DNA from: an uncultured delta proteobacterium
Lineage (GTDB): Bacteria; Desulfobacterota; Binatia; UBA9968
Length of the DNA stretch: 64,000 nucleotides
Assembly: GCA_963745035.1 (NCBI GenBank)
Contig: CAVUVW010000026.1
Span: forward strand, 96,001 to 160,000
Direction: 5' to 3'
Positions 28,928 through 43,119 of the stretch are shown one piece after another. The notes beneath the pieces are model-generated. The model saw only the letters and a list, made by a program, of their open reading frames with translations, made no database searches and was not told where the DNA came from. Position 1 is the first letter of the stretch. Every line of letters starts with the position of its first letter. The position numbers and the translations under genes were made by a program.

Positions 28928-31222
28928 ATGAACGAGAAGCACAGTTATTCGATTGCGGGAACCAATGCGCCCAGGGTCGACGGCGTCGAAAAAGTAACCG
29001 GCAAAGCGATCTATACGGGCGATATCCAGCTTCCGGGGATGGCGCATGCGCGTATACTGCGCAGCCCCGTCGCTCACGCGAAAATCGTTAAAGTCGACGC
29101 GACAAAGGCGAAGGAGCTTCCGGGCGTTATCGCGACCCTGACGCGCGATGATATCCAAGTGTTCAATTACAAGTACGGCGCGACATATAAAGATCAGTCG
29201 ATCGTTGCAGTCGATAAGGTCCGCTACGTCGGCGATCCGGTGGCCGCGGTACTGGCCGATGATCCGCCACGGCGGAACAGGCTCTGGAGTTGATCGAAGT
29301 CGAGTACGAAGAACTGGCCGAAAGTAACCAACATCGAAGAGGCTACCGCGCCGGGAGCCGTTCTCGTTCACGAAGCGGGCGTGGCGCGCGCCGAGCTGCG
29401 CGGCTCGGTTTACGGCGCGCCGGAGCGATTCAACGGTACCAACATTTGCTATTACCTCACCTTCGGGCGCGAGGATGTGGAAAAAGGCTTTGCCAAGGCC
29501 GATCAGATTTTTGAAGACACGTTCCGCTTTCAAAAAGTTCAGCACTATTCGCTCGAAGCGCACAACAATATCGCCTACTACGACGGCGAGAAGCTCACAG
29601 TCTGGGCGTCCTGCCAGGACCCGTTCACTCTGCGCGATCATCTCTCCGGCATATTTCGTCTGCCGCTCAGCCGCATAAGAGTTATCGTCCCGTACGTCGG
29701 CGGCGGCTACGGCGGCAAGCTCTACGTCAAAGCGGAGCCAATTTCGGCGGCGCTGTCGTGGATGACACGCAGGCCGGTAAAGCTTCAGCTATCGATCAAC
29801 GAAAGCTTCAAGACCGTCACGCGCCATCCGGCGCGCGTCACGGTGAAAACCGGGGTCACGAAGGACGGCAGGCTGATCGCGCGCGAGTGCCAGGTCTACA
29901 TGGACACCGGCGCTTACGCGGACGCCGGTCCGCGCGTGACGCAGAAAGCGGCTTATCGAGCTCTAGGCCCTTATAGGATTCCGTACGCTAAAGTCGAAGC
30001 TTACGGTGTTTACAGCAACACCGTCCCGGCGGGTGCTTTTCGCGGTTTCGGCGCGCTGCAAGTCACTTGGGCTTACGAATCACAGATGGACATGATCGCC
30101 GATCGGCTCGGCATCGATCCGCTGGAATTCCGCATCAAGAATCTACTCAAGAAGGGCGACATCTACACGAAGGGTGACACCCCCGTGGATTGCGATCTGG
30201 AAGAGGGACTGTTGAAAGTCGCCGACGCGATCAAGTGGAAGGAAAATTCCAGCAAGCCCAATCGCGCCAAAGGCATCAGCTGCTGCATCAAGGACGCCGG
30301 CGGAACTTACAAAGTTGCGGGGGCCACGGTCAAAATGTCATCCGATGGCAGCATCGTCTTGCTCACCGGCACGGTTGAAATCGGTCAGGGACCGCGCACG
30401 GCATTGAGCCAAGTCGTTTCGGAAGAACTCACAGTAGGCATGGAGCAAATCACCGTTGCCCAACTCGATACCGACGTGACGCCCTACGACATCTCCACCA
30501 GCGCCAGCAGTTCGATGGTGGTCATGGGGACTGCGGTGCTGCGAGCGGCGCAAGACGCGCGCAAGCAGTTGCTGCAGTGCGCCTCCAAGGTGCTGAAACA
30601 AAAAGTTGAAAACCTGAAACTTCACAACGGTCACGTCGTCTTTGGCGAGAGCGCGCCTATTTCCTTTAGCAAAGTGATCGTTGATTTCTTCGGCAGCAAG
30701 GCCGGAGAAATTATCGGTAAAGGACTTTACCAAGATAAAAAGAACCCCAAGGCCGTATTGGGGTCGACAACGACATTCTGGGAGGTGGGGTGGGGTGGTG
30801 TCGAGATCGAAGTCGATCCAGACACGGGTATGGTTCGGGTTCTGAATTACGTTTCTGCTTGCGATACCGGCAAGGCGATCAATCCGGAGCAGTGCATCGG
30901 CCAAGACGAAGGCGCCGTCTTATTCGGCATCGGCCACACTTTAATGGAAGAAATGGTTTACGAGGACGGCCAGCTTTTGAACGGCAATCTGGTCGACTAT
31001 CGCGTCCCAAGATTCGACGATGCGCCGGAACATCTCCACACGATTCTCATCGAGAACGGCAATGGTCCAGGTCCGTTCGGCTCCAAAGGCATCGGCGAGG
31101 GAGGCCTGTTGCCGGTCGCCTCCGCGGTCGCCAACGCGGTTGCGCGCGCGGTCGGCGTGCGCATTCAGGAATTGCCGCTCACCCCGCCGAAGATCTGGCA
31201 GGCGTTGCAACGAAAACAATAG
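28928..31222 (+). CDS. Xanthine dehydrogenase family Mo-binding large subunit (frameshifts ~29265, ~29320)
   Basis: KVTGKAIY, GGGYGGK, AFRGFG, EIGQG, GSKGIGE; paralog of 11537-13801. Confidence 0.87.
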
Positions 31223-31366
31223 CTCCGCTATCGCTTTTGATATCTTAAAGTTATTGTTTATATCGGATGCGCGGAGTTACGCCGATCTCGGCTCGGCTCG
31301 TCAGGGCTGTGAAAGCGGCATCGAAATTAGAATCGGGTCAAACTAGATCCTGCCTCATGCGAGAGA

Positions 31367-31870
31367 CTAAACCTCCAAAACCTGCCCGCATTTTTTGCAC
31401 GTCGCCAACGCCGCATTGCTCTTCAATGCGTTGGTTGCCTCATTGACGGCGCCGCCCGGATCGTCGAAGCGAACCCGGGCTTCGTACAGATTATTGCCGC
31501 AGTTTTCGCACGGCCAGATGAAGCGATCGATTTCCTGCGGGCTGCGGCGGCGCTCGACGACGAAAGTCCATGAGCCGTCCGCTCGGCGCGGCGAATGCGG
31601 AATGCTGGCCGGCAAAAGAAATAAATCGCCGGCGCCCAGCACGGCGACATCGTGTTTGTCGTCTTTCAGATAATGAAGATTCAGCTCGCCTTCGAGCTGG
31701 TAGAAAATCTCATCGCCGGGATTGATGTGATAGTCTTTGCGCTTGTTCGGCCCGCGCGTGACAAATGCGATGAAATCGGAGTCCTGCCAGATGACCCTTC
31801 GCTGGCCCCAATTGCCGCGATTCTCGTCGATCCATTTCTGGAGACTGAAGCCTTTCAGATGTGGCAGCAT
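31367..31870 (-). CDS. nbaC: 3-hydroxyanthranilate 3,4-dioxygenase family
   Basis: GPNKRKDYHINPGDEIFYQL, PHSP.R, rubredoxin-like CENC and CKKC. Confidence 0.85.
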   Translation of the reverse strand: MLPHLKGFSLQKWIDENRGNWGQRRVIWQDSDFIAFVTRGPNKRKDYHINPGDEIFYQLEGELNLHYLKDDKHDVAVLGAGDLFLLPASIPHSPRRADGSWTFVVERRRSPQEIDRFIWPCENCGNNLYEARVRFDDPGGAVNEATNALKSNAALATCKKCGQVLEV

Positions 31871-31936
31871 AAGACCTCCATCGGATGGAAACACTATAGA
31901 ATTGCCTCCGGCGGGGAATCAAGGCTAAAACTAGCC

Positions 31937-32428
31937 ATGGTGTCGGCACGCAAACGAATGAAGTTGAAATCCGGCCGCATCGGCTTGATTTCCGACACGC
32001 ACGGCTTGGTTAGGCCCGAGGCGCTCGCCGCGTTGAAAGGGAGCGAGCTTATTATTCACGCCGGTGATATCGGCAATCCGGAAGTGCTCACTGCGCTCAA
32101 AGAAATTGCGCCGGTCATCGCGATTCGCGGCAACAACGATCGCGACTTTTGGGCAAAAGAGATTCCGGATTTTTTGGAGTTGAAGATCAACGGGATCAAG
32201 ATCTATGTGATCCACAATGTCAATGAATGGAAGCCGGACTCCAGGGGCGCTTTTCACGCTGTGATCAGCGGCCATTCGCATAAACCGAATGTGATCACCA
32301 AAGACGGCGTCCTTTTTATCAATCCGGGTAGCGCCGGTCCGAGACGCTTCAAACTGCCGATTGCGGTGGGCCGGCTTCGAATCGATGGTGGCAAAATCCG
32401 CGCAAATATATTCAATCTGGAAGTTTAA
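31937..32428 (+). CDS. YfcE-like metallophosphoesterase
   Basis: ISDTH, HAGD, RGNND, SGHSH, NPGS. Confidence 0.9.
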   Translation: MVSARKRMKLKSGRIGLISDTHGLVRPEALAALKGSELIIHAGDIGNPEVLTALKEIAPVIAIRGNNDRDFWAKEIPDFLELKINGIKIYVIHNVNEWKPDSRGAFHAVISGHSHKPNVITKDGVLFINPGSAGPRRFKLPIAVGRLRIDGGKIRANIFNLEV

Positions 32429-32440
32429 ATCGAAACTTTC

Positions 32441-32469
32441 TTGACATTGATTTAGCCGCGCGATACAAA
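32441..32469 (+). promoter_or_regulatory. Sigma-70 promoter of the pyr operon
   Basis: TTGACA, 17-bp spacer, TACAAA. Confidence 0.7.
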
Positions 32470-32478
32470 AATAGCAGT

Positions 32479-32513
32479 AACCTTTTAATCCGATCCTGTG
32501 AGGTCGGAAAAGG
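32479..32513 (+). ncRNA. PyrR-binding site (anti-antiterminator)
   Basis: CCTTTTAA-TCCGA-TCCTGTGAGG-TCGGA-AAAGG matches the PyrR element consensus (CUUUAA / UCCNGNGAGG). Confidence 0.88.
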
Positions 32514-32548
32514 AGTTATGAAGCTGATTTCGGAAATTATTAGCGCTC

Positions 32549-32586
32549 AAAGACCCTCTCGGTGATTCCGGAGGGTCTTTTTTTAT
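32549..32586 (+). terminator. Attenuator terminator of the pyr leader
   Basis: AAAGACCCTC..GAGGGTCTTT followed by a T tract just before the pyrR ATG. Confidence 0.85.
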
Positions 32587-32588
32587 CT

Positions 32589-33146
32589 ATGGCTGACAAG
32601 CAGCAAGTCGTCCTGGAACAGGCGGATCTTGGCAAGGCTATCCGGCGGATGGCGCACGAGATCTTGGAAAAGTGCGCCGACCCGACGGAGCTGGTCTTGA
32701 TCGGCATCCGTTCGCGCGGTGCCTATCTTGCTCGCCGGCTGGCGCGAACGATTGAGGAAATCGGGAAGTCTAGTCCTCTGGTCACGGCGATCGACGTGTC
32801 GGCGTTTCGCGACGATCGGGCCGTAACGCAGGAAAATTTATCTGGCGGCGTCTTCGAAACTGAACCCGTAGTCGAGGACAAGACCATCGTCCTGATCGAT
32901 GACGTGATTTATCGCGGTCGCACGATTCGAGCCGCGATGGAGGCGGTCGAGCGTCTCGGCCAACCGAAACGAATTCTCGTGGCGGCCTTGATCGATCGCG
33001 GTTCACGCGAGTTGCCAATACGCGCCGATATCGTCGGAAAAAATATCGACGTCGCGGAAGGTCAACGGGTCAACGTTCGGCTGGTGGAGGCCGATGGGAT
33101 CGATCAGGTGTTTTTGGTCGATTGGCGTGATCGTCGCGCTGTTTAG
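32589..33146 (+). CDS. pyrR: Pyrimidine attenuation protein PyrR / UPRTase
   Basis: RRMAHEILEK, GIRSRG, FRDD, VLIDDVIYRGRT, DRGSRELPIRAD.VGK. Confidence 0.92.
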   Translation: MADKQQVVLEQADLGKAIRRMAHEILEKCADPTELVLIGIRSRGAYLARRLARTIEEIGKSSPLVTAIDVSAFRDDRAVTQENLSGGVFETEPVVEDKTIVLIDDVIYRGRTIRAAMEAVERLGQPKRILVAALIDRGSRELPIRADIVGKNIDVAEGQRVNVRLVEADGIDQVFLVDWRDRRAV

Positions 33147-33162
33147 CGAAAAATAAAAAGAC

Positions 33163-35109
33163 ATGCGTAATCTGATTTCCATCGGCGATTTGACCAACGA
33201 AGAGATCGAGGAAATCTTTTCTCTGGCCGATGGCGCCGACGAATTGCGCGCGGAGAGACGCGCGAGCGGCGAGATCATGGCGACGCTGTTTTATGAGCCG
33301 AGCACGCGGACGCGATTATCATTCGAATCGGCGATGCAACGGCTTGGGGGCTCGGTGATCAGTTGCTCGGACATGAAGTCATCATCGACGGTCAAAGGCG
33401 AAACTGTCGCGGATACCGCGCGGGTCGTTTCGAGCTACGCGGATGTCTTGGTCGTACGCCACAACTGGGATGGGGCCGTGCAAGCGATGGCGGAGCACGC
33501 CGACGTGCCTGTGATCAACGCCGGCGACGGCAGCCACGAGCATCCGACGCAAACGCTTTGCGATCTCTACACCTTGCGCAAGGAGAAGGGCGAAATCAAA
33601 GGATTGACCGTCGTGGTGTGCGGCGATTTGAAGAACGGCCGCACGATTCACTCCCTGGTTTACGCGCTGGCGCGGTTCGGCGCCAACGTGGTGACGTTGG
33701 CCGCCAACGGCATGGCCTTGCCGCAGTATGTGATCGACCGCTTGGAGCGCGAATACGATTATGCCCTCGCTCCGGTGGGATCGGATGATCTAAACGCCGT
33801 CGTCACTGAAACTGATGCCTTATATCTCACGCCGAAGCAGCCGCATCAGCTGGCGCTTTACACGCAAGTCGACCAGGTCATTCAAGCGCGCCTCAACACC
33901 ATGGCCACCGGGCTGCGTTACGACGCCTTCTATATGACGCGAAAACAAAAGGAGCGCATGAAGGAAGGCACCACGGACGTGAGCTATCCGACCATCGGCG
34001 CCAATTTTCTGCGCGAGCAGCGTTTTCAAGATACCGTGGTGATGCATCCGCTGCCGCGTGTCGATGAGCTTTCACCGGAGGTCGATAAGGACCGGCGCGG
34101 CATTTACTTCAAGCAAGCCGCCTACGGCGTACCGGTGCGCATGGCGTTACTCAAGTTCCTCCTCGACCGGCGCGCCGAAAAGCACAACGCGTCAAAGGAC
34201 GCTACCGTCTTATATCAAAGTCCCGAGCCGATCGCGCCGCAATGCCGTAATCCCAATTGCGTGACGGTGAGAGAGCCGATTTCGAGCAGTAGGCGCTTTG
34301 AGATTGTGTCGCCCGGAAAAGCCACAACGTTGATTTTGGCCTGCGCCTATTGCGACCATCGCTTCAAGGTACAAATTGTCGGCAATGTAAAATCCAAGAA
34401 ATATTACGCATTCGATAGCTCGCTCATGTCGACGTTTCGTGCCTGGCTCAAGAAGGACGAGCTTGCGCTCTTTGATTCGATCAAAGTAGCGGAAGACTTG
34501 GGTTACGAGCCGTTCAAAAGCGGCCCCCAGAGAGTGCTCATGAGCGAAAGCGATATTCATGCTGCGCTGGTGAATATGGCCGGTCAGATCCTGGGCGATT
34601 TCCAGGAACCGAGCCGTTTGCTGATTTTGGGCGTGCGCGGCGCAGGTTCCCAGCTCGCGCAGAGATTGGCTAACGAGATCGCACAACAAGCGAAGCTGAA
34701 GCCCGAAGTCGGCGAGATCGAAATTTATGGCTCGGGAGATGATCTGAGAAGACTTTCCGCAGACGACCCTGATGCCGGACCATTGAACCTGAGGAACCGC
34801 GAAGTCATTCTGGTCGACGACGTCATATTCAGCGGTAGGACGGTCAAGAGCGCATTGAGCATCATCTTTCGCTCGGCCCGGCCGCAATCGGTGCGGTTGG
34901 CGGTCTTGATCGACCGCGGGCATCGGGAAGTTCCGGTAAAACCGAATTACGTGGGTAAACATATTCCAAGCTCGGAATCGGACCGGGTGCGGGTCAAGCT
35001 TCGCGAGATCGAACCCGGAGGGCCCGATCAGGCAGTGATCTATACGATCATGAATCCAGGCGAGCAAGCGAGTAGGCCCGCGCGCAGCGTGGAAATGACA
35101 AGCAAGTAG
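33163..35109 (+). CDS. pyrB: Aspartate carbamoyltransferase fused to a PyrI-type Zn domain and a PyrR-like PRTase domain
   Basis: aa 1-334 [26 protein letters not shown]; aa 361-397 CRNPNC..CAYC; aa ~456-635 [21 protein letters not shown]; one open frame. Confidence 0.9.
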   Translation: MRNLISIGDLTNEEIEEIFSLADGADELRAERRASGEIMATLFYEPSTRTRLSFESAMQRLGGSVISCSDMKSSSTVKGETVADTARVVSSYADVLVVRHNWDGAVQAMAEHADVPVINAGDGSHEHPTQTLCDLYTLRKEKGEIKGLTVVVCGDLKNGRTIHSLVYALARFGANVVTLAANGMALPQYVIDRLEREYDYALAPVGSDDLNAVVTETDALYLTPKQPHQLALYTQVDQVIQARLNTMATGLRYDAFYMTRKQKERMKEGTTDVSYPTIGANFLREQRFQDTVVMHPLPRVDELSPEVDKDRRGIYFKQAAYGVPVRMALLKFLLDRRAEKHNASKDATVLYQSPEPIAPQCRNPNCVTVREPISSSRRFEIVSPGKATTLILACAYCDHRFKVQIVGNVKSKKYYAFDSSLMSTFRAWLKKDELALFDSIKVAEDLGYEPFKSGPQRVLMSESDIHAALVNMAGQILGDFQEPSRLLILGVRGAGSQLAQRLANEIAQQAKLKPEVGEIEIYGSGDDLRRLSADDPDAGPLNLRNREVILVDDVIFSGRTVKSALSIIFRSARPQSVRLAVLIDRGHREVPVKPNYVGKHIPSSESDRVRVKLREIEPGGPDQAVIYTIMNPGEQASRPARSVEMTSK

Positions 35110-35113
35110 CGAG

Positions 35114-36280
35114 ATGAAAGCGATCCTAGCACTGGCCGACGGGCGAGTTTTCGAAGGAGCGTCATTCGGCGCCGAAGGCGAGGCGATCGGCGAAGTGGTG
35201 TTCAACACCAGCATGACGGGATATCAGGAGATTCTCACCGATCCGTCCTACGAAGGGCAGCTCGTCGCGATGACTTATCCGGAGATCGGCAACGTCGGGG
35301 TCAATCCGGAAGACGTGGAATCGCGCAAACCGTTCGTCAACGGCTTCATCGTCAAGAATTACACGGCGCAGCCGAGCAATTGGCGCGCCGCCCAATCGTT
35401 GCACGAATACATGAAGGCGCACGGCATCGTCGGCATTCAAGGCATCGATACCCGCTCGCTGGTGCGCTACCTGCGCGATCAGGGTTCGCAAGAAGGCATT
35501 ATCTCGACGGTCACGGAGAACGTCGATGAGCTGATTGCTAAAGCCAAGAGATCCCCCGGCATGGTTGGCAAAGATCTGGTGCAAGAAGTCACCTGCGACG
35601 AGTCGTTCGATTGGAATCAAGGGATGTGGGACATCGGCACGGGCTACAAGACTCGGGATGGCGCGAAAGCCGCGCCGAAGCGCAAGGGCAGGGGAACCTT
35701 CGGCTCGCCTAATTTTTTCGTGGTCGCGTACGACTACGGCATCAAATACAACATTTTGCGCAATCTCGCCGAAGCCGGATGCCGGGTGAAGGTCGTGCCT
35801 GCGGCGACTTCAGCAGAAGATGTTTTGGCGCTCAATTCCGACGGGATTTTTCTCTCGAACGGTCCCGGCGATCCCGACGCCGTGCCCTATGCCAAAGAAA
35901 ACGTGCGCAAGCTCATCGGCAAGAAACCGATCTTCGGGATTTGTCTCGGCCATCAGATCATGGGGCTCGCGCTCGGCGGCAAAACCTACAAGCTCAAGTT
36001 CGGGCACCATGGCGGCAATCAGCCGGTGATGGATTTGACCACGCGCAAAGTCGAGATCACCTCGCAGAATCACGGGTTCGCGGTGGATGCCGATTCGCTC
36101 AAGGGCGCGGCTGAAGTGACCCATTTGAACCTGAACGACAATACCGTCGAAGGTTTGGCGCATCGTGAGCTGCCGATCTTCTCCGTGCAGTATCATCCGG
36201 AGTCCTCGCCCGGACCGCATGATGCGAGCTATCTTTTCAAGCGTTTCATCGACATGATGGCGAAACATCGAGGCAAGTAG
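35114..36280 (+). CDS. carA: Carbamoyl-phosphate synthase small subunit
   Basis: [33 protein letters not shown]. Confidence 0.97.
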   Translation: MKAILALADGRVFEGASFGAEGEAIGEVVFNTSMTGYQEILTDPSYEGQLVAMTYPEIGNVGVNPEDVESRKPFVNGFIVKNYTAQPSNWRAAQSLHEYMKAHGIVGIQGIDTRSLVRYLRDQGSQEGIISTVTENVDELIAKAKRSPGMVGKDLVQEVTCDESFDWNQGMWDIGTGYKTRDGAKAAPKRKGRGTFGSPNFFVVAYDYGIKYNILRNLAEAGCRVKVVPAATSAEDVLALNSDGIFLSNGPGDPDAVPYAKENVRKLIGKKPIFGICLGHQIMGLALGGKTYKLKFGHHGGNQPVMDLTTRKVEITSQNHGFAVDADSLKGAAEVTHLNLNDNTVEGLAHRELPIFSVQYHPESSPGPHDASYLFKRFIDMMAKHRGK

Positions 36281-36286
36281 CGACCC

Positions 36287-39523
<3,237 letters not shown>

Positions 39524-39529
39524 AGCAGC

Positions 39530-41731
39530 GTGAAGCCCACCGGATCTGCTCCCGATAGCCGCAACAAAAGCCAAGATCGAGCCGCCGGCGTGAGATCGGC
39601 TCTGCGCGCGCTCGACACACCGATTCAATTCCTGAGCGGCGTCGGACCCAAACGCGCCTCTCAGCTCGCCTCCGTCGGCATCAAGACCGTCGGCGACTTG
39701 CTGCAACACTTGCCGTTTCGCTATGAAGACCGGCGACAAATCAAGAAAATCTCTGCCGCGGTCCAGGGTGAGGAGGCGAGCTTTATCGGCCGGCTGATTG
39801 GGCTGCAGAGCAAATATATTCCACGCCGGCGCAGCCAAATGCTGCTCGGCATCTTGCTGGACGACATGGGCAGCAGCATGGATCTCGTTTGGTATCGCGC
39901 GCCGAAATTCTTGATCTCAGGTCTCGCGAAAGATCAAACCTTGCTCGTTCACGGTAAACTCGAGCCGAGCATGCATGGGCGCCTGCGCCTGGTTCATCCA
40001 GATTTTGAAATCATCGAGAATCACGACGATCCCCGGCTGCAACGGATACTGCCGGTTTATGTCCACCCCGCGGGCCTGTCGCTTTCTCGATTGCGCGGCT
40101 GGATGGCGCAAGCACTGAAAGATTACGACGACTATCTGCTCGAGAGTTTGCCTCAAGAGATCATCGAACGACAAAAACTCATTACTCCCGGCGCAGCTCT
40201 CGCATATCTTCATGATCCACCGCTCGATGCATCTCTCGATGTCCTAAACAGCTCTACTTCGACCGCGCACCGGACGATTATCTTCGATGAGCTTTTTTAC
40301 TTGCAGCTCGGTCTCGGTCTGCGCAAAAAATCGCGGGCACAAAGCGCCGCGGTGGATTTCGCTACACCGCGTGTTTCCCTGTGCGAGCGCATGCGCGCGC
40401 TGTTGCCTTTCAAGCTAACCGCGGCGCAGGAGCGCGTGCTCGGCGAAATCGAAACAGACATGGCGGGCGGGCAGCCCATGCAGCGGCTCGTGCAGGGTGA
40501 CGTTGGATCGGGAAAGACGATGGTCGCCTGGCTTGCCTCCCTGCGCGCCATCGAGCAGGGCCGTCAAGCGCTCTGGATGGCGCCCACGGAAATTCTCGCC
40601 GAGCAGCATTATCGCAACTTGCAAAAGTTCGCCGGCGCTCTGGGAATTTCCTCGGCCTTGCTCACCGCATCAACCCCTGCCAGAGAGAAAAGGGTGGTTC
40701 TCGAGCGAATCGCGGTTGGCGATACTTTATTCGTCGTCGGCACCCACGCGCTGATTCAGGAGGAAGTCCGCGCGCCGCTGATGGCCCTGGGCGTGATCGA
40801 TGAGCAGCACCGTTTCGGCGTGATGCAGCGGCTTTCCCTCCGCCGTTTGGTCAACGGCGAGAATACTAGGTCCGCTCTAGAGCCGCATATGCTGCTCATG
40901 AGCGCAACGCCGATTCCGCGCAGCCTCGCAATGGTGCTCTACGGCGATATGGAAGTTTCTTTCGTCGATGAGATGCCGCCCGGACGAATCCCGATTCAAA
41001 CCAGGGTGTTTAACGAGCGGGAGCGCAATCGAGTCTACGCCCTTGTCCTCGACGAGTTGAAACGCGGTCATCAGGCTTTCGTCGTGTTGCCACTCGTGGA
41101 GCCTTCCGAACAGCTCCAGCAAGTGCGCGACGCGACACAGATGGCGGAGAAGATGCGCGAGACACTATTTAAAGATTACGGCGTGGGTCTCGTCCACGGC
41201 CGGCTCAAGGCCGAGGAACGGGACCGAATCATGCGTTCTTTTCGCGATGGTAAGCTCGGCATTCTCGTCGCCACCACCGTGATCGAAGTCGGCATCGACA
41301 TTCCCAATGCCACGGTGATGGTCGTTGAGCATGCCGAGCGCTTCGGCTTGTCGCAGCTCCATCAACTGCGCGGGCGAGTCGGGCGCGGGACGGCCGGCGG
41401 ATATTGCCTCTTGGTCAATCGCGGCACTGGCAGCGTCCTGGCGGCCGAGCGTCTGCGCGCCATGGAAAAGGAACATGACGGCTTCAAGATCGCCGAGGCC
41501 GATCTCAAGATCCGTGGCCCGGGCGAGCTGCTCGGCGCGCGCCAGTCCGGCTTGATGGATTTTCGCTTTGCCAATTTAGCGCGTGATGCGCGTTTGCTGG
41601 CCGAGGCGCGCCGGGAGGCCCTGGCATGGTTGGAGCACGACCCGAAACTTCGCGGCAAAGCTTCCGCAGGCATGCGAGAGATCCTGCGGCATCGCTGGGG
41701 AACGACGTTACAGTTGGGCTTGGTGGGCTGA
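39530..41731 (+). CDS. recG: ATP-dependent DNA helicase RecG
   Basis: QGDVGSGKT, DEQHRFGV, SATPIPR, QLRGRVGRG. Confidence 0.96.
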   Translation: MKPTGSAPDSRNKSQDRAAGVRSALRALDTPIQFLSGVGPKRASQLASVGIKTVGDLLQHLPFRYEDRRQIKKISAAVQGEEASFIGRLIGLQSKYIPRRRSQMLLGILLDDMGSSMDLVWYRAPKFLISGLAKDQTLLVHGKLEPSMHGRLRLVHPDFEIIENHDDPRLQRILPVYVHPAGLSLSRLRGWMAQALKDYDDYLLESLPQEIIERQKLITPGAALAYLHDPPLDASLDVLNSSTSTAHRTIIFDELFYLQLGLGLRKKSRAQSAAVDFATPRVSLCERMRALLPFKLTAAQERVLGEIETDMAGGQPMQRLVQGDVGSGKTMVAWLASLRAIEQGRQALWMAPTEILAEQHYRNLQKFAGALGISSALLTASTPAREKRVVLERIAVGDTLFVVGTHALIQEEVRAPLMALGVIDEQHRFGVMQRLSLRRLVNGENTRSALEPHMLLMSATPIPRSLAMVLYGDMEVSFVDEMPPGRIPIQTRVFNERERNRVYALVLDELKRGHQAFVVLPLVEPSEQLQQVRDATQMAEKMRETLFKDYGVGLVHGRLKAEERDRIMRSFRDGKLGILVATTVIEVGIDIPNATVMVVEHAERFGLSQLHQLRGRVGRGTAGGYCLLVNRGTGSVLAAERLRAMEKEHDGFKIAEADLKIRGPGELLGARQSGLMDFRFANLARDARLLAEARREALAWLEHDPKLRGKASAGMREILRHRWGTTLQLGLVG

Positions 41732-41907
41732 GGCGGTCGTCACGAGCTTAGGAGACATTCTCAGTTGCTGGGAAATGACAACTGTACCGCCATATCGTCG
41801 AAGGAACTGTGTTTGAAGCCTGGATGGAGCCTTTTTCTTGCACCCAATAGGGCGATAGCTTATAAAATGAGGTTATCCGTTTTTTGGAAAGGATTTAGGT
41901 AACCAAG

Positions 41908-43086
41908 GTGGAATTCCAGCGCATCAAGCGGCTGCCGCCCTACGTCTTCAGCATCATCGACGGCATGAAGATGGAAGCCCGCCATAGGGGCGAGGACATC
42001 GTCGATTTCGGCATGGGCAATCCCGATCTGCCTACGCCGCCGCACGTGGTCGCCAAGCTGGTCGAAGCCGCCAGCAAGCCGCAGAATCACCGCTATTCGG
42101 TATCGCGCGGCATCTACAAACTGCGCCTGGCGATCGTCGCCTGGTACAAACGCCGATACAACGTCGAGCTCGATGCCGACAGCGAAGCCATCGTCACCAT
42201 CGGCGCCAAGGAGGGCATATCGCATCTCGCCTGGGCGACTATCGATCCGGGCGATGTCGTGCTCTGTCCCAGCCCCACTTATCCGATCCATCAGTTCGCC
42301 GTCGTGCTCGCCGGCGGCGATCTACGCTGCATTCCGCTGACGACGAGCGAGGCTTTCTTCGGGAACCTCGAAGAAGCGATTCGCCAGACCTGGCCCAAGC
42401 CGAAGATGCTGATCATCAGCTTTCCGCACAATCCGACCACCGAAGTGGTCGATGTGGGGTTCTTCGAGCGAGTGGTGAAGAGCGCCAAGGAACACGGCTT
42501 CCTCGTCATTCACGATCTCGCTTATGCGGATCTGACCTTCGACGGCTACGAGGCGCCGAGCTTCCTTCAGGTGCCGGGCGCGAAGGACGTCGGCGTCGAA
42601 TTTTTCTCGCTGTCGAAAAGCTACAACATGCCCGGCTGGCGAGTCGGCTTTTGCGTCGGCAACAAGGAAGTCATCCACGCCTTGGCGCGCATCAAAAGCT
42701 ATCTCGACTACGGTATTTTTCAACCGATCCAGATCGCCGCGATTCAGGCGCTGAACGGACCGCAGGACTGCGTCGAAGAAATCCGTCTCATGTACGAGAG
42801 ACGGCGCGATTCTTTGATCGACGGGCTCGATCGCGCCGGCTGGAAGATTCCCAAACCCAAGGGCACGATGTTCGTCTGGGCGGAGATCCCTGAGCCGGCG
42901 AAAAAGCTGGGCTCCGTCGAGTTTTGCAAATATTTGCTTCAGGAAGCTCAAGTAGCGGTGTCGCCGGGCATCGGCTTCGGCCAGTACGGCGATGAGCACG
43001 TGCGGTTTGCGCTGATCGAAAACGAGCATCGGACGAAGCAAGCTGTTCGAAAGATCAAGCGGGCGCTGGGAAAACTGCTCGACTAG
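41908..43086 (+). CDS. alaC: Class I/II aminotransferase, AlaC-like
   Basis: [33 protein letters not shown]. Confidence 0.85.
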   Translation: MEFQRIKRLPPYVFSIIDGMKMEARHRGEDIVDFGMGNPDLPTPPHVVAKLVEAASKPQNHRYSVSRGIYKLRLAIVAWYKRRYNVELDADSEAIVTIGAKEGISHLAWATIDPGDVVLCPSPTYPIHQFAVVLAGGDLRCIPLTTSEAFFGNLEEAIRQTWPKPKMLIISFPHNPTTEVVDVGFFERVVKSAKEHGFLVIHDLAYADLTFDGYEAPSFLQVPGAKDVGVEFFSLSKSYNMPGWRVGFCVGNKEVIHALARIKSYLDYGIFQPIQIAAIQALNGPQDCVEEIRLMYERRRDSLIDGLDRAGWKIPKPKGTMFVWAEIPEPAKKLGSVEFCKYLLQEAQVAVSPGIGFGQYGDEHVRFALIENEHRTKQAVRKIKRALGKLLD

Positions 43087-43119
43087 CGCGCGTTTCCAAG
43101 CTATTTTCTCCGGACATTT

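Noticed and set aside
11537-31222. Aerobic CO dehydrogenase (CoxL)
   Set aside because: Neither protein has AYxCSFR or AYRGAGR, and there is no coxMS
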